The translations under genes were made by a program, and so were the position numbers. This document shows, piece after piece, positions 1 to 8,153 of a stretch of 64,000 bases of DNA. Location: assembly GCA_036676985.1 (NCBI GenBank), contig JAKFBU010000061.1:37632-101631 (forward strand), given 5' to 3'. Below the pieces are notes generated by a model. That model did not search any database. It worked only from the letters and a program-made list of their open reading frames with translations, and had not been told where the DNA came from. Positions within the stretch are counted from its first letter, which is position 1. The number at the start of each line of letters is the position of its first letter. Source of the stretch: Candidatus Sericytochromatia bacterium. Its GTDB lineage: Bacteria > Cyanobacteriota > Sericytochromatia > S15B-MN24 > UBA4093.

Positions 1-2
1 AG

Positions 3-836
3 GGCGATGCCCTCAAGCTCAAGGAGCTGCACCCCAAGCAGCACTTCACGCAGCCGCCGCCGCGCTTCACCGAGGCGACGCTCGTCAAGACCATGGAAGA
101 GAAGGGCATCGGTCGCCCGTCGACGTACGCCCCGACCATCGCGACCATCCAGGATCGCGGCTACGTCGAGAAGGACGGTCGCGCCCTCAAGCCGACCGAG
201 CTCGGCATCCAGGTCAACGATCAGCTGATCAAGCACTTCCCGAACATCGTGGACGTGGGCTTCACCGCCGACATGGAGGACAAGCTCGACACCATCGAGA
301 CCGGGGAGAACGAGTGGCAGAAGCTGCTCAAGAACTTCTACGATCCCTTCGCCGAGACCCTCAAGATCGCGGCCAAGGAGATGAAGCCCGTCGCCATCCC
401 CTCCGGTGAGAACTGCGAGGCGTGCGGCGCCGAGATGCTCATCAAGAGCGGTCGGTTCGGCGAGTTCATGGCCTGCTCCAAGTACCCCGAGTGCAAGACC
501 ACCAAGCCGATCATCAAGAAGACGGGCGTGGGCTGCAAGACGCCGGGCTGCGAGGGCGACGTCATCATCAAGCGCACGCGCACGGGCAAGACCTTCTACG
601 GCTGCTCGCGCTACCCCGAGTGCTCGTTCACGTCGTGGGACCTGCCGACCGACACCCACTGCGCCAAGTGCGGCACGTGGATGGTGGTCAAGCGTTCCAA
701 GGCGGGCCGTAGCTTCCTCCTCTGCAAGAACGAGGAGTGCAAGAACATCCAGAACGTTCCCAAGAAGGCCAAGGAAGAGGGTGCTGCCTCCGAAGGCGCC
801 GAGGGCGCTGGCGACAAGGAGCCGATGGAGGCCTAG
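3..836 (+). CDS. topA: DNA topoisomerase I, C-terminal part (5'-truncated by window edge)
   Basis: Frame open from position 3: HFTQPPPRFTEATLVKTMEEKGIGRPSTYAPTI, followed by three C4 zinc-ribbon repeats (CEACG...CSKYPEC etc.). Confidence 0.96.
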   Translation, partial: GDALKLKELHPKQHFTQPPPRFTEATLVKTMEEKGIGRPSTYAPTIATIQDRGYVEKDGRALKPTELGIQVNDQLIKHFPNIVDVGFTADMEDKLDTIETGENEWQKLLKNFYDPFAETLKIAAKEMKPVAIPSGENCEACGAEMLIKSGRFGEFMACSKYPECKTTKPIIKKTGVGCKTPGCEGDVIIKRTRTGKTFYGCSRYPECSFTSWDLPTDTHCAKCGTWMVVKRSKAGRSFLLCKNEECKNIQNVPKKAKEEGAASEGAEGAGDKEPMEA

Positions 837-846
837 GGGAGCTGTC

Positions 847-2178
847 ATGGCGTTACAAGCAAAGGTGATCGGGGGCGGTCTCGCAGGGTCCGAGGCCGCC
901 TGGCAGCTCGCGCGTCAGGGCGTCTCGGTGACGCTGCACGAGATGCGCCCGGTCCGTCCCACCCAGGCCCACCACACCGACCGGCTGGGCGAGCTCGTGT
1001 GCTCGAACTCCCTCGGGGCCTTCGGCGAGGGTAGCGCGTCGGGCCTGCTCAAGGCCGAGATGCGCCAGATGGACTCCTTGATCCTGAAGGCGGCCGCGCA
1101 TGCCTCGGTGCCCGCGGGCGGCGCGCTCGCGGTGGACCGCGACCTGTTCGCGGGCTACATCACCGAGCGGATCGAGTCCCATCCCCTCATCACCCTGGCG
1201 CGGGAAGAGGTGACGAGCCTCGACCCCGAAGAACCCACGATCATCGCCACGGGCCCCCTGACCTCTCCGGCCCTCTCCGAGGCCATTCAGCGCCACACGG
1301 GCGTGGAGCACCTGCATTTCTACGATGCGGCGGCTCCCATCGTGACGCTCGAGAGCCTGGACATGGACAAGATCTTCAAGGCCGCGCGCTACGACAAGGG
1401 CGAGGGCGTCTACCTCAACTGCCCCATGACCAAGGACGAGTACGAGGCCTTCTGGAACGAGCTCGTGAAGGCCGAGGGTGCGGTCCTGCACCTGGGCGAC
1501 GCCGAGAAGATGAACTTCTTCGAGGGCTGCCTCGCGGTCGAGGTGCTCGCCCGGCGCGGCATCGAGACCCTGCGCTTCGGTCCCATGAAGCCCGTGGGCC
1601 TCACGGATCCCAAGACGGGCCGCTGGCCGTACGCGGTGGTGCAGCTGCGCCAGGACAACGTGGCGGGCGACCTCTACAACCTGGTGGGCTTCCAGACGCA
1701 GCTCAAGTGGGGCGAGCAGAAGCGCGTCTTCCGCATGATCCCGGGCCTCGAGGAGGCCGAGTTCGTCCGGCTGGGCGTCATGCACCGCAACACGTACCTG
1801 GCGAGCCCCTGCTTCCTGCAGCCGACGCTGCAATGGCGCGAGCACCCGCGCTGGTTCGCGGCGGGCTGCCTGGTCGGCGTCGAGGGCTACACGGAGTCGG
1901 CGGCCTCGGGTGGCCTGGCGGGTCTCAACCTGGCGCGGGTCCTGAAGGGCGAAGCCCCCATGGAGCTGCCGCGCACGACCATGCTGGGCAGCCTCATGCA
2001 CTACGTGTCCAACGCGGACCCCAAGCACTTCCAGCCCATGAACTCCAACTGGGGCATCATCGAGTCCCTGGAGGGCCCGAAGATCCGGGACAAGAAGGAG
2101 CGTCACCTCAAGCAGTGGGAGCGGGCCGTGGCGGACTTCGCCCGCGCCCTGGGCCCGGCGCTCGCGACGGCCGAGTAA
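847..2178 (+). CDS. trmFO: Folate/FAD-dependent tRNA m5U54 methyltransferase TrmFO (Gid)
   Basis: VIGGGLAGSEAAWQLA, ELVCSNS, FYDAAAPIV, FFEGC, GPMKPVGL, NLVGFQT, GVMHRNTY, GVEGYTES; ATG at 847 after GGGGAG; follows topA. Confidence 0.96.
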   Translation: MALQAKVIGGGLAGSEAAWQLARQGVSVTLHEMRPVRPTQAHHTDRLGELVCSNSLGAFGEGSASGLLKAEMRQMDSLILKAAAHASVPAGGALAVDRDLFAGYITERIESHPLITLAREEVTSLDPEEPTIIATGPLTSPALSEAIQRHTGVEHLHFYDAAAPIVTLESLDMDKIFKAARYDKGEGVYLNCPMTKDEYEAFWNELVKAEGAVLHLGDAEKMNFFEGCLAVEVLARRGIETLRFGPMKPVGLTDPKTGRWPYAVVQLRQDNVAGDLYNLVGFQTQLKWGEQKRVFRMIPGLEEAEFVRLGVMHRNTYLASPCFLQPTLQWREHPRWFAAGCLVGVEGYTESAASGGLAGLNLARVLKGEAPMELPRTTMLGSLMHYVSNADPKHFQPMNSNWGIIESLEGPKIRDKKERHLKQWERAVADFARALGPALATAE

Positions 2179-2187
2179 TCGAACGGC

Positions 2188-2223
2188 GCAAGGCCCCTCT
2201 CCTTGCAGGGAGAGGGGCCTTGC
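2188..2223 (+). terminator. Intrinsic terminator-like hairpin after trmFO
   Basis: GCAAGGCCCCTCTCC-ttgcag-GGAGAGGGGCCTTGC, perfect 15-bp stem just after the stop codon. Confidence 0.75.
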
Positions 2224-2240
2224 TTCATGACGTCGTTACT

Positions 2241-2351
2241 CTGGACCCCCGCTTTCGCGAGGGTGACGGAGCGCCGACTTGCCGCTCAAGGTGGCTCTCT
2301 ATCAAGTCCCGAAAGACCGCTCCCGTCATTCCCGCGCAAGCGGGAATCCAG
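2241..2351. repeat. Composite REP/dRS3-like element, copy A
   Basis: CTGGACCCCCGCTTTCGCGAGGGTGACGG...CCGTCATTCCCGCGCAAGCGGGAATCCAG; homologous to 13000-13110 and 40587-40723. Confidence 0.85.
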
Positions 2352-2378
2352 GGCTGCGACTCGGCGGCCCCTGAGGGA

Positions 2379-2894
2379 CTAAGAACGCTTGGTCTTGCTC
2401 TTGGCGGCCGGCACCGTCTTCGTCCGCTCGGCCTCGGCCCGGATGGGGACCATGGTCGCCACGCAGCGCACCCCGCGCTTGACCTCGCCGTGCAGGGGCG
2501 GCGTAGCGGCGGCGAGCTTCACGGGGTCCAGCAGGCTGAACTCCTTGCCGTCCAGGGCCTTGCAGCGCTTGCAGTGCGCCTGCTTGACCTGGAACCGGGC
2601 GCCGGTGATCTGCCCCTTCTGCTCGTAGAAGCCCGTCACCATGTTCCGCATGTCGAGCAGCACGCTGTACTGCTCGACGTTACCCGATAGCCGCTTGTCG
2701 ACCAGCCCGATGTAGCGCTTCTTGGCCTGGTCGACCTGCTTGGGGTCGAGCTTCTTGGTGCCGACCTTGCCGCCGGACCCCCGGAACAGCAGCACCAGGA
2801 AGAGGACGGCGGCGAGCGCGCCGCCCACCAGCAGGGGCATGGAGGCGGTCGTGGCCGGCGAGGTGGCGGGAGCGGTGTGGGTGGTGGTCGGCAT
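2379..2894 (-). CDS. Hypothetical membrane-anchored protein with C-terminal MuF/gp7-like Cys/His motif
   Basis: ATG at 2894 with GAAGGAG RBS; one hydrophobic helix (LLVGGALAAVLFLVLLF); motif HCKRCKALDGKEF...PPLH...RC. Confidence 0.7.
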   Translation of the reverse strand: MPTTTHTAPATSPATTASMPLLVGGALAAVLFLVLLFRGSGGKVGTKKLDPKQVDQAKKRYIGLVDKRLSGNVEQYSVLLDMRNMVTGFYEQKGQITGARFQVKQAHCKRCKALDGKEFSLLDPVKLAAATPPLHGEVKRGVRCVATMVPIRAEAERTKTVPAAKSKTKRS

Positions 2895-3085
2895 GCGATC
2901 TCCTTCGAACGTATGCATCTTACCCGGATCGCCTCCGAGAACTACCGGCGCATGCTCCACGAACGGCCGGTCTTGAGCTAGGATAGGAGATGACCGTTTG
3001 AAACGGTTTCTACGAGCCACGTCGAGCGGGCCCATGGGCCCGCGAAGTGCGTCGGGAGTTCGTCCGCCGTCCAGAGAGGGCCTGC

Positions 3086-3724
3086 ATGAAAGTCGGTTTC
3101 TATTCGCCGCCGTTCCACCACGGATGGATCGAAGTCATCTGCGGGTCCATGTACTGCGGCAAGACCGAGGAGCTGATCCGGCGCGTGCGGCGCGCCGAAA
3201 TCGCCAAGCAGCGGGTCCAGGTCTTCAAGCCCATCATCGACACGCGTTACGCGCCCGAGGACGTCTCGAGCCATGCGGGCGGGCGAGTCCGGGCCGTACG
3301 GGCCACCGGCGCCGAGGAGATCTGGCGCGCCACCGAGGAGTCGACCCAGGTAGTGGCCATCGACGAGGTTCAATTCTTCGATGACAACGTGGTGGACGTG
3401 TGCCAGGAGCTCGCCAACTCGGGCAAGCGGGTCATCTGCTCGGGGCTGGATCTGGACTTCCGCGGCGAGCCCTTCGGGGTGATGCCGCGGCTCTTGGCGA
3501 TCGCCGAGTCGGTCGAGAAGCTGACGGCCATCTGCGTGAAGTGCGGGGCTCCGGCCACCCGCAGCCAGCGCCTCCTCAACGGTGAGCCCGCCGAGTGGGA
3601 CGACCCGGTCATCCAGGTGGGGGCTCATGATGCCTACGAGCCGCGCTGCCGGGCCTGTCACGTGGTGCCCGTGAACCCGGGCCGGGTGACGCAACTGCCC
3701 TTGCCGAGCGGGCAGAGCGTCTAA
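3086..3724 (+). CDS. tdk: Thymidine kinase
   Basis: [21 protein letters not shown]-loop, [28 protein letters not shown], zinc-binding CVKCG...CRAC. Confidence 0.95.
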   Translation: MKVGFYSPPFHHGWIEVICGSMYCGKTEELIRRVRRAEIAKQRVQVFKPIIDTRYAPEDVSSHAGGRVRAVRATGAEEIWRATEESTQVVAIDEVQFFDDNVVDVCQELANSGKRVICSGLDLDFRGEPFGVMPRLLAIAESVEKLTAICVKCGAPATRSQRLLNGEPAEWDDPVIQVGAHDAYEPRCRACHVVPVNPGRVTQLPLPSGQSV

Positions 3725-3729
3725 GGAGT

Positions 3730-4116
3730 CCGTTTGTCTTTCGACCAGGCTCAAGACAAACGGGATTGTTGTGGGGGGGCACGCTCATGGGCGTGCTCTC
3801 TTAGTCTTCATGCACTGGAGGAACCGCTCGCACTTCGAGGGCCTCAGCACGAACGGATGGTTGTGGGAGGCTCGAGTCAAAGCCCCCTTTAGCTGTTGAT
3901 GGCCCCTTGAGCTGTTGAGGCCCCCTAAAGGTCAACAACAATCCCGTTCACCCTGAGGTTCTCGAAGGGCGAACGGTTCCTCATGTGTATGACGATGAGT
4001 CCGAGTGGCGATTCCTTGGATAGGGTAGCCACCCTTTGAGACCCACAACAATCCCGTTCGTCTTGAGCCCGGTCGAAAGCCTGTCCTGAGCCTGTCGAAG
4101 GGGCGAACGGTTCCTC
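3730..4116. repeat. Cluster of nested inverted REP-like repeats (CCGTTCG...CTGAG...TCGAAG family)
   Basis: 3738-3775 is the reverse complement of 4042-4079 at 36/38 positions; an inner imperfect pair lies at about 3818-3864 and 3934-3982; one extra unit at 4081-4116. Confidence 0.8.
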
Positions 4117-5249
4117 TACGCCACCCACAGCCCCCAGGCCATCTTCAGCGAGTACGCGAGAAGTGCGAGCGCGAACACGGCCATGACCGCGTAGCCCACG
4201 CGCGGCCGCCGCTCGAGCGTGAGCCCCAGCGCGAGCGTCACGGGCAGGGCCCCGTAGACGTAGCGATCCGGCGACGCGAAGCTCCCCGAGGCCACGATCA
4301 GGCCCATGCTCAGGAGACCGAAGGCTAGCACCGACGGCGTTAGCCGCCGGCGCCCCGCCACCAGCAGGGCGATGCCGCCCACGATCATGACCGCCTTGAC
4401 CACGCCGTTCTCGGGCGCGGGCCCCGTCGCTCCGAAGCTCAAGAGGTTCAGCCACTCCCGCCCGTTCACCCCGATGCTCGAGTGCCAGCCGGACTGCGCC
4501 TTGAGGAACGCCAGCGGCTCCTCGAACCGATACGCCAGGTAGCCCACGTAGGCCGCGAGGCCCGTGCCGGCTGCCACCGCCGCGCCGTAAGCCCTGAGCC
4601 CCAGCCGCTCGCGAAACGCCGCCCAAAGTAGCGCGGGGGCGAGCAGGACGCCCTGGATGCGCGTCGCAGCGGCCAGCCCCCCGAAGAGGGCGGCCAGGCC
4701 ATAGCGACCGCGGTCGAAGGCCGCGAGCGTCGCCCCACTCAACAAGAGGAACAGCCCCTCGGTGTAGATGACGGTGCCGAAGACCGAGTAGGGGCACCAG
4801 GCCAGGATCGCGGAGGTCCAGCAGGCCGCCCGCGCGCCGTACCGGCCCAGCACCCAGCGATGGAACAGCACCACCGCCGCCATGAAGGAGAGGTTGGCCA
4901 CCAGTGCCCCGGCCGCTCCAAAGGGCAGCCCCAGGTGCATGAGGCCCCGGATGAGGAGGGGGAAGAGCGGGAAGAAGGCCACCGAGTGCTGCCGGCCGTC
5001 CGGGGCGAACTCGTAGCCCGAGCGGGCGATCGCCTCGTACCACCCCGAGTCCCAGCGCGCGAACAGTCCCCAATCGAGCGTGACGGCGTGGCCCCCGGGA
5101 GGCAGGGGCAGAGCCGGGGCCACGAGCCCCATGGCCACGAGGATCAAGAGGCGGCTGATACCCCACATGGCGAGGGGAAAGCCCCACGCAAGCCAGGTCG
5201 AGGGCCGGGAGGAGGCGGTGGCGGCGGGCGCGAGCGTGGCGGGAATCAA
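4116..5249 (-). CDS. PIG-V/GPI-mannosyltransferase-2-like GT-C membrane glycosyltransferase
   Basis: ARWDSGWYEAIARSGY, AFFPLFPLL, YTEGLFLLL, AATRIQG, RY motif, many TM helices; probable TTG start overlaps the PilZ gene stop. Confidence 0.85.
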   Translation of the reverse strand: MIPATLAPAATASSRPSTWLAWGFPLAMWGISRLLILVAMGLVAPALPLPPGGHAVTLDWGLFARWDSGWYEAIARSGYEFAPDGRQHSVAFFPLFPLLIRGLMHLGLPFGAAGALVANLSFMAAVVLFHRWVLGRYGARAACWTSAILAWCPYSVFGTVIYTEGLFLLLSGATLAAFDRGRYGLAALFGGLAAATRIQGVLLAPALLWAAFRERLGLRAYGAAVAAGTGLAAYVGYLAYRFEEPLAFLKAQSGWHSSIGVNGREWLNLLSFGATGPAPENGVVKAVMIVGGIALLVAGRRRLTPSVLAFGLLSMGLIVASGSFASPDRYVYGALPVTLALGLTLERRPRVGYAVMAVFALALLAYSLKMAWGLWVA

Positions 5250-5827
5250 TCGGTGTCCAGGTGAGTGGCCACCCGCCGGTTGATCCAGCGGTGGGCCGCC
5301 GAGTGGTGGCGGTTCTTGGCCTCGACCACCGCGTCCACCAGGCTCACCTGCTGGCTGCGCATCATGTGGAGCTTGCGCTCGCGCCGGGCCACGGTCGAGT
5401 TGTGCTCCGCCGGCGTCGGCAGGTCGTAGAGCTTGCCCTTGGAGGCGCGCGACTTGAGGATGATGTAGACGAAGCGCGTGATCTCGCTGGTCAGCGTGTC
5501 GCCCGTCGGGATGATGCGCACCGCGATCTCGTTGGCGGAGTAGTTGTAGAGGCGCATGACCGGCGCCCGGATCACGGTGTCCGCCAGCGACCACTGCACG
5601 TAGAAGGGCTCCTCCAGGTACTCGCGGGAGACCTTGGGGATCTTGAGGCGCATGCCACCCGCCGAGAGGTCGACGATGAGGCCCTTGAACGAAAAGGGCA
5701 GCCCCGGAAAGTCGATCTCGCACATCTGGTTGACGGGCGCACGGGCGTTGACGCGCCGCTCGCGGCCGTTGGGGGGCTTGGGGAGCGCGCCCGCGGGCAG
5801 CTCCGGCGGAAAGTTGGGATCGAACAT
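5246..5827 (-). CDS. PilZ-domain protein (c-di-GMP receptor) with C-terminal extension
   Basis: RxxxR (RRVNAR) and DxSxGG (DLSAGG) motifs; GGAGG RBS before ATG at 5827. Confidence 0.85.
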   Translation of the reverse strand: MFDPNFPPELPAGALPKPPNGRERRVNARAPVNQMCEIDFPGLPFSFKGLIVDLSAGGMRLKIPKVSREYLEEPFYVQWSLADTVIRAPVMRLYNYSANEIAVRIIPTGDTLTSEITRFVYIILKSRASKGKLYDLPTPAEHNSTVARRERKLHMMRSQQVSLVDAVVEAKNRHHSAAHRWINRRVATHLDTD

Positions 5828-5844
5828 GGCCACCTCCATGAGCA

Positions 5845-5872
5845 TGATCGGCGGATCGGGCCCGATCCTTTA
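5845..5872 (-). promoter_or_regulatory. sigma28/FliA-like promoter with a palindromic spacer
   Basis: Minus strand reads TAAA-GGATCGGGCCCGATCC(16 nt)-GCCGATCA, 17 nt upstream of the PilZ start codon. Confidence 0.6.
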
Positions 5873-5937
5873 CGAGATCGATCACAGCCGGGGGCGAACG
5901 CGCGCTCTACGATGGTTCTCGAGAGAGAGGAGCGAGC

Positions 5938-6828
5938 ATGCGATCCCTCGACGCCTACCGAGATGACTTTATCATGCACCTGCAGGTGGAGCGGAACCTT
6001 TCCGCCCACTCGCTCAAAGCCTATCGGCAAGATCTCGATCAGTTCCATCGCTTTCTGGGCGACGTGCCCCTGCCCGCGGTCGACTACCTCACCATCCGGC
6101 GCTACCTCGGGGAGCTATCCTCCAAGGGCTACGAGCGCACCTCCATGGCCCGCAAGCTCGCGACTCTCAGGACCTACTTCCGCTTCCTGGCCAAGGAGCG
6201 CCACGTGGAGGCCAACCCCCTCTCCCTGGTCTCGAGCCCCAAGTCCATTCGCCGCCTGCCCAAGTTCCTGGACTGGACCGAGCTCAAGAGCCTGCTCGGG
6301 GCTCCCGACATGGAGACCGCCCTGGGGCTGCGCGATCGCGCGATCCTCGAGCTCCTCTACGCCACCGGCATGCGCGTGGGCGAGATCGTCGCCCTCGCGG
6401 TCTCGGCCATCGACTGGCAAGAGCGGGAGATCGTGGTCTTCGGCAAGGGCTCCAAGGAGCGCGTGGTCCTGATGGACGACCACTCGGCGGAGCTCTTGCA
6501 GCGCTACCTGCAGGAGGCGCGAGCGCGCCTGGTGGGGCGATCCCCCGACTCGGGCGTGCTCTTCGTCAACCGCCAGGGCCAGGGCCTCAACCAGCGCTCG
6601 GTGCAGCGCATGATCCAGAAGTACGTGCAGCTCGCCGGCATCGAGAAGCGCATCAGCCCACACACGCTGCGCCACACCTTCGCCACGCACCTCCTGGAGG
6701 GCGGGGCGGACCTGCGCGTGGTCCAGGAGCTCCTCGGGCACGCCAGCCTCTCCACCACCCAGATCTACACCCACGTGAGTCAAGAGCGCCTGCGCGAAGT
6801 CTACAAGCAGTCACACCCCCGTTCTTGA
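5938..6828 (+). CDS. xerC: Chromosomal tyrosine recombinase XerC
   Basis: N-terminal SAM-like domain (ERNLSAHSLKAYRQDL), LYATGMRVGE, GKGSKER, HTLRHTFATHLL, QELLGHASLSTTQIYTHV; near topA/trmFO. Confidence 0.9.
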   Translation: MRSLDAYRDDFIMHLQVERNLSAHSLKAYRQDLDQFHRFLGDVPLPAVDYLTIRRYLGELSSKGYERTSMARKLATLRTYFRFLAKERHVEANPLSLVSSPKSIRRLPKFLDWTELKSLLGAPDMETALGLRDRAILELLYATGMRVGEIVALAVSAIDWQEREIVVFGKGSKERVVLMDDHSAELLQRYLQEARARLVGRSPDSGVLFVNRQGQGLNQRSVQRMIQKYVQLAGIEKRISPHTLRHTFATHLLEGGADLRVVQELLGHASLSTTQIYTHVSQERLREVYKQSHPRS

Positions 6829-6977
6829 GGGGGAGATGATGCAAAAACGACGCTGTCAGTCCAGTTGCGTGAGGTCGGGCGCTATGCTATCGTAGGGGCG
6901 ACCATTACCGCCCGCAGGAGGCAAGGTTGCCCAGCAGAGCGAACGCGAAGAGCTCGGAGCCCCAATCCAACCCCCCG

Positions 6978-8069
6978 ATGGCCCCCCTGCCCGACGGCGA
7001 AGGGTCGACGGTGCGCCAGGCGCTCGCCAAGTGGCTGGAGCGTACCCCGGATCCGATCCCCGAAGCGATCGTGGCCGCTGCCGGCACCCTGCTGGCCGAT
7101 CTGGACGAGGTCGAAGCCCCGCCGGAGCTTTTCCGCCTCGCCGAGGGCTGGGTCGAGGCCACGCAGGACGCCGGCCTGACCCTGTTCCAGGCCATGAGCC
7201 TCTTTGCCGACGTCGCGGGCCCCGAGCACGCGCGCCACTCGGCCACCGAGTGCGGCCTCTTGGTCGCCCAGCTCTGGGTGGATGCCCTCGAGCGCCGCAT
7301 GCAGCGCATGCTCGAGGCCGAGACCGAGGCCCTGCACAAGGCCAACCAGACCCTGCGCGAGACGGACAAGGGGCGGGCCGACTTCATCTCGGCCTACTCC
7401 CACGAGCTGAGGACGCCCTTGACGGCGATCGCCGGAGCCTGCGAGCTCTTGCTCGACGACTTCGCCGACGAGCTCTCGGGCCCCCAGCACGAATACATCT
7501 CCATGATCAGCCAGAGCGCCTTCCTCATCCGACAGCTCATCGACGACGTGCTCGACTTCGAGAAGCTGGAGGCCCGCCGCCTGGACCTGCACCTGGAGCC
7601 CCTGTGCGTCGAGGAGGTCGTCCACGACGTTGCCATGCTCGTCGGCCCCCTGCTCCAGGAGAAGCGTCTCATCTGGCAGCAGGACGTCGGCGAGGGCCTG
7701 CCCCTGGTCATGGGGGACGCCGTGCGGATGCGCCAGATCCTCCTCAACCTCGTCTCCAACGCCATCAAGTTCACGCCCGAAGGCGGGACCCTCCGCCTGC
7801 ATGCCTCCCTCGAGAAGGCGGTGGGCAAGCGCGGGACCATGGTCGCCGTCTCGGTCACCGACTCGGGCATCGGGATCGCACCCGAGCACCAGAAGCGCAT
7901 CTTCGAGCGCTTCCGCCAGGTGGGCGACAAGTCGGGGCAGGGCACGGGGCTCGGCCTGCCCATCGCCAAGCGCCTGGCCGAGTTGCATGGCGGGCGCATG
8001 ACGCTCCGGAGCGCCCTGGGGGAGGGCGCCACCTTCACCTTCACCATCCCGACCGTCGCGGATGCTTGA
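6978..8069 (+). CDS. Cytoplasmic sensor histidine kinase (HisKA + HATPase_c)
   Basis: SHELRTPL H-box, NLVSNAIKFT N-box, DSGIGI, F-box, GTGLGL; no TM helix; start uncertain (6927 TTG or 6978 ATG). Confidence 0.9.
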   Translation: MAPLPDGEGSTVRQALAKWLERTPDPIPEAIVAAAGTLLADLDEVEAPPELFRLAEGWVEATQDAGLTLFQAMSLFADVAGPEHARHSATECGLLVAQLWVDALERRMQRMLEAETEALHKANQTLRETDKGRADFISAYSHELRTPLTAIAGACELLLDDFADELSGPQHEYISMISQSAFLIRQLIDDVLDFEKLEARRLDLHLEPLCVEEVVHDVAMLVGPLLQEKRLIWQQDVGEGLPLVMGDAVRMRQILLNLVSNAIKFTPEGGTLRLHASLEKAVGKRGTMVAVSVTDSGIGIAPEHQKRIFERFRQVGDKSGQGTGLGLPIAKRLAELHGGRMTLRSALGEGATFTFTIPTVADA

Positions 8070-8153
8070 TCGCCAACCATGCGTTAATCGGGCGGCGACG
8101 GGGAACAATGAGGGGGAAGACGGCTCGCTGAAGGGCCTGGCCGTCAAGGTGGA

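Noticed and set aside
406-846. Apparent N-terminal extension of TrmFO (590-aa ORF)
   Set aside because: Out-of-frame overlap with topA; the true start is ATG 847 with an RBS
3882-3925. Short direct repeats as a mini-CRISPR
   Set aside because: About 19-nt units with no spacers and no cas genes
5250-5885. Apparent long N-terminus or fusion on the mannosyltransferase (589-aa ORF)
   Set aside because: It is an alternative frame of the PilZ gene; no slippery site or other frameshift signal seen
5938-6828. Tyrosine recombinase as a prophage or island integrase
   Set aside because: Size, motifs and topA/trmFO context fit housekeeping XerC; no att repeats, tRNA or phage genes, and no dif-like site recognised
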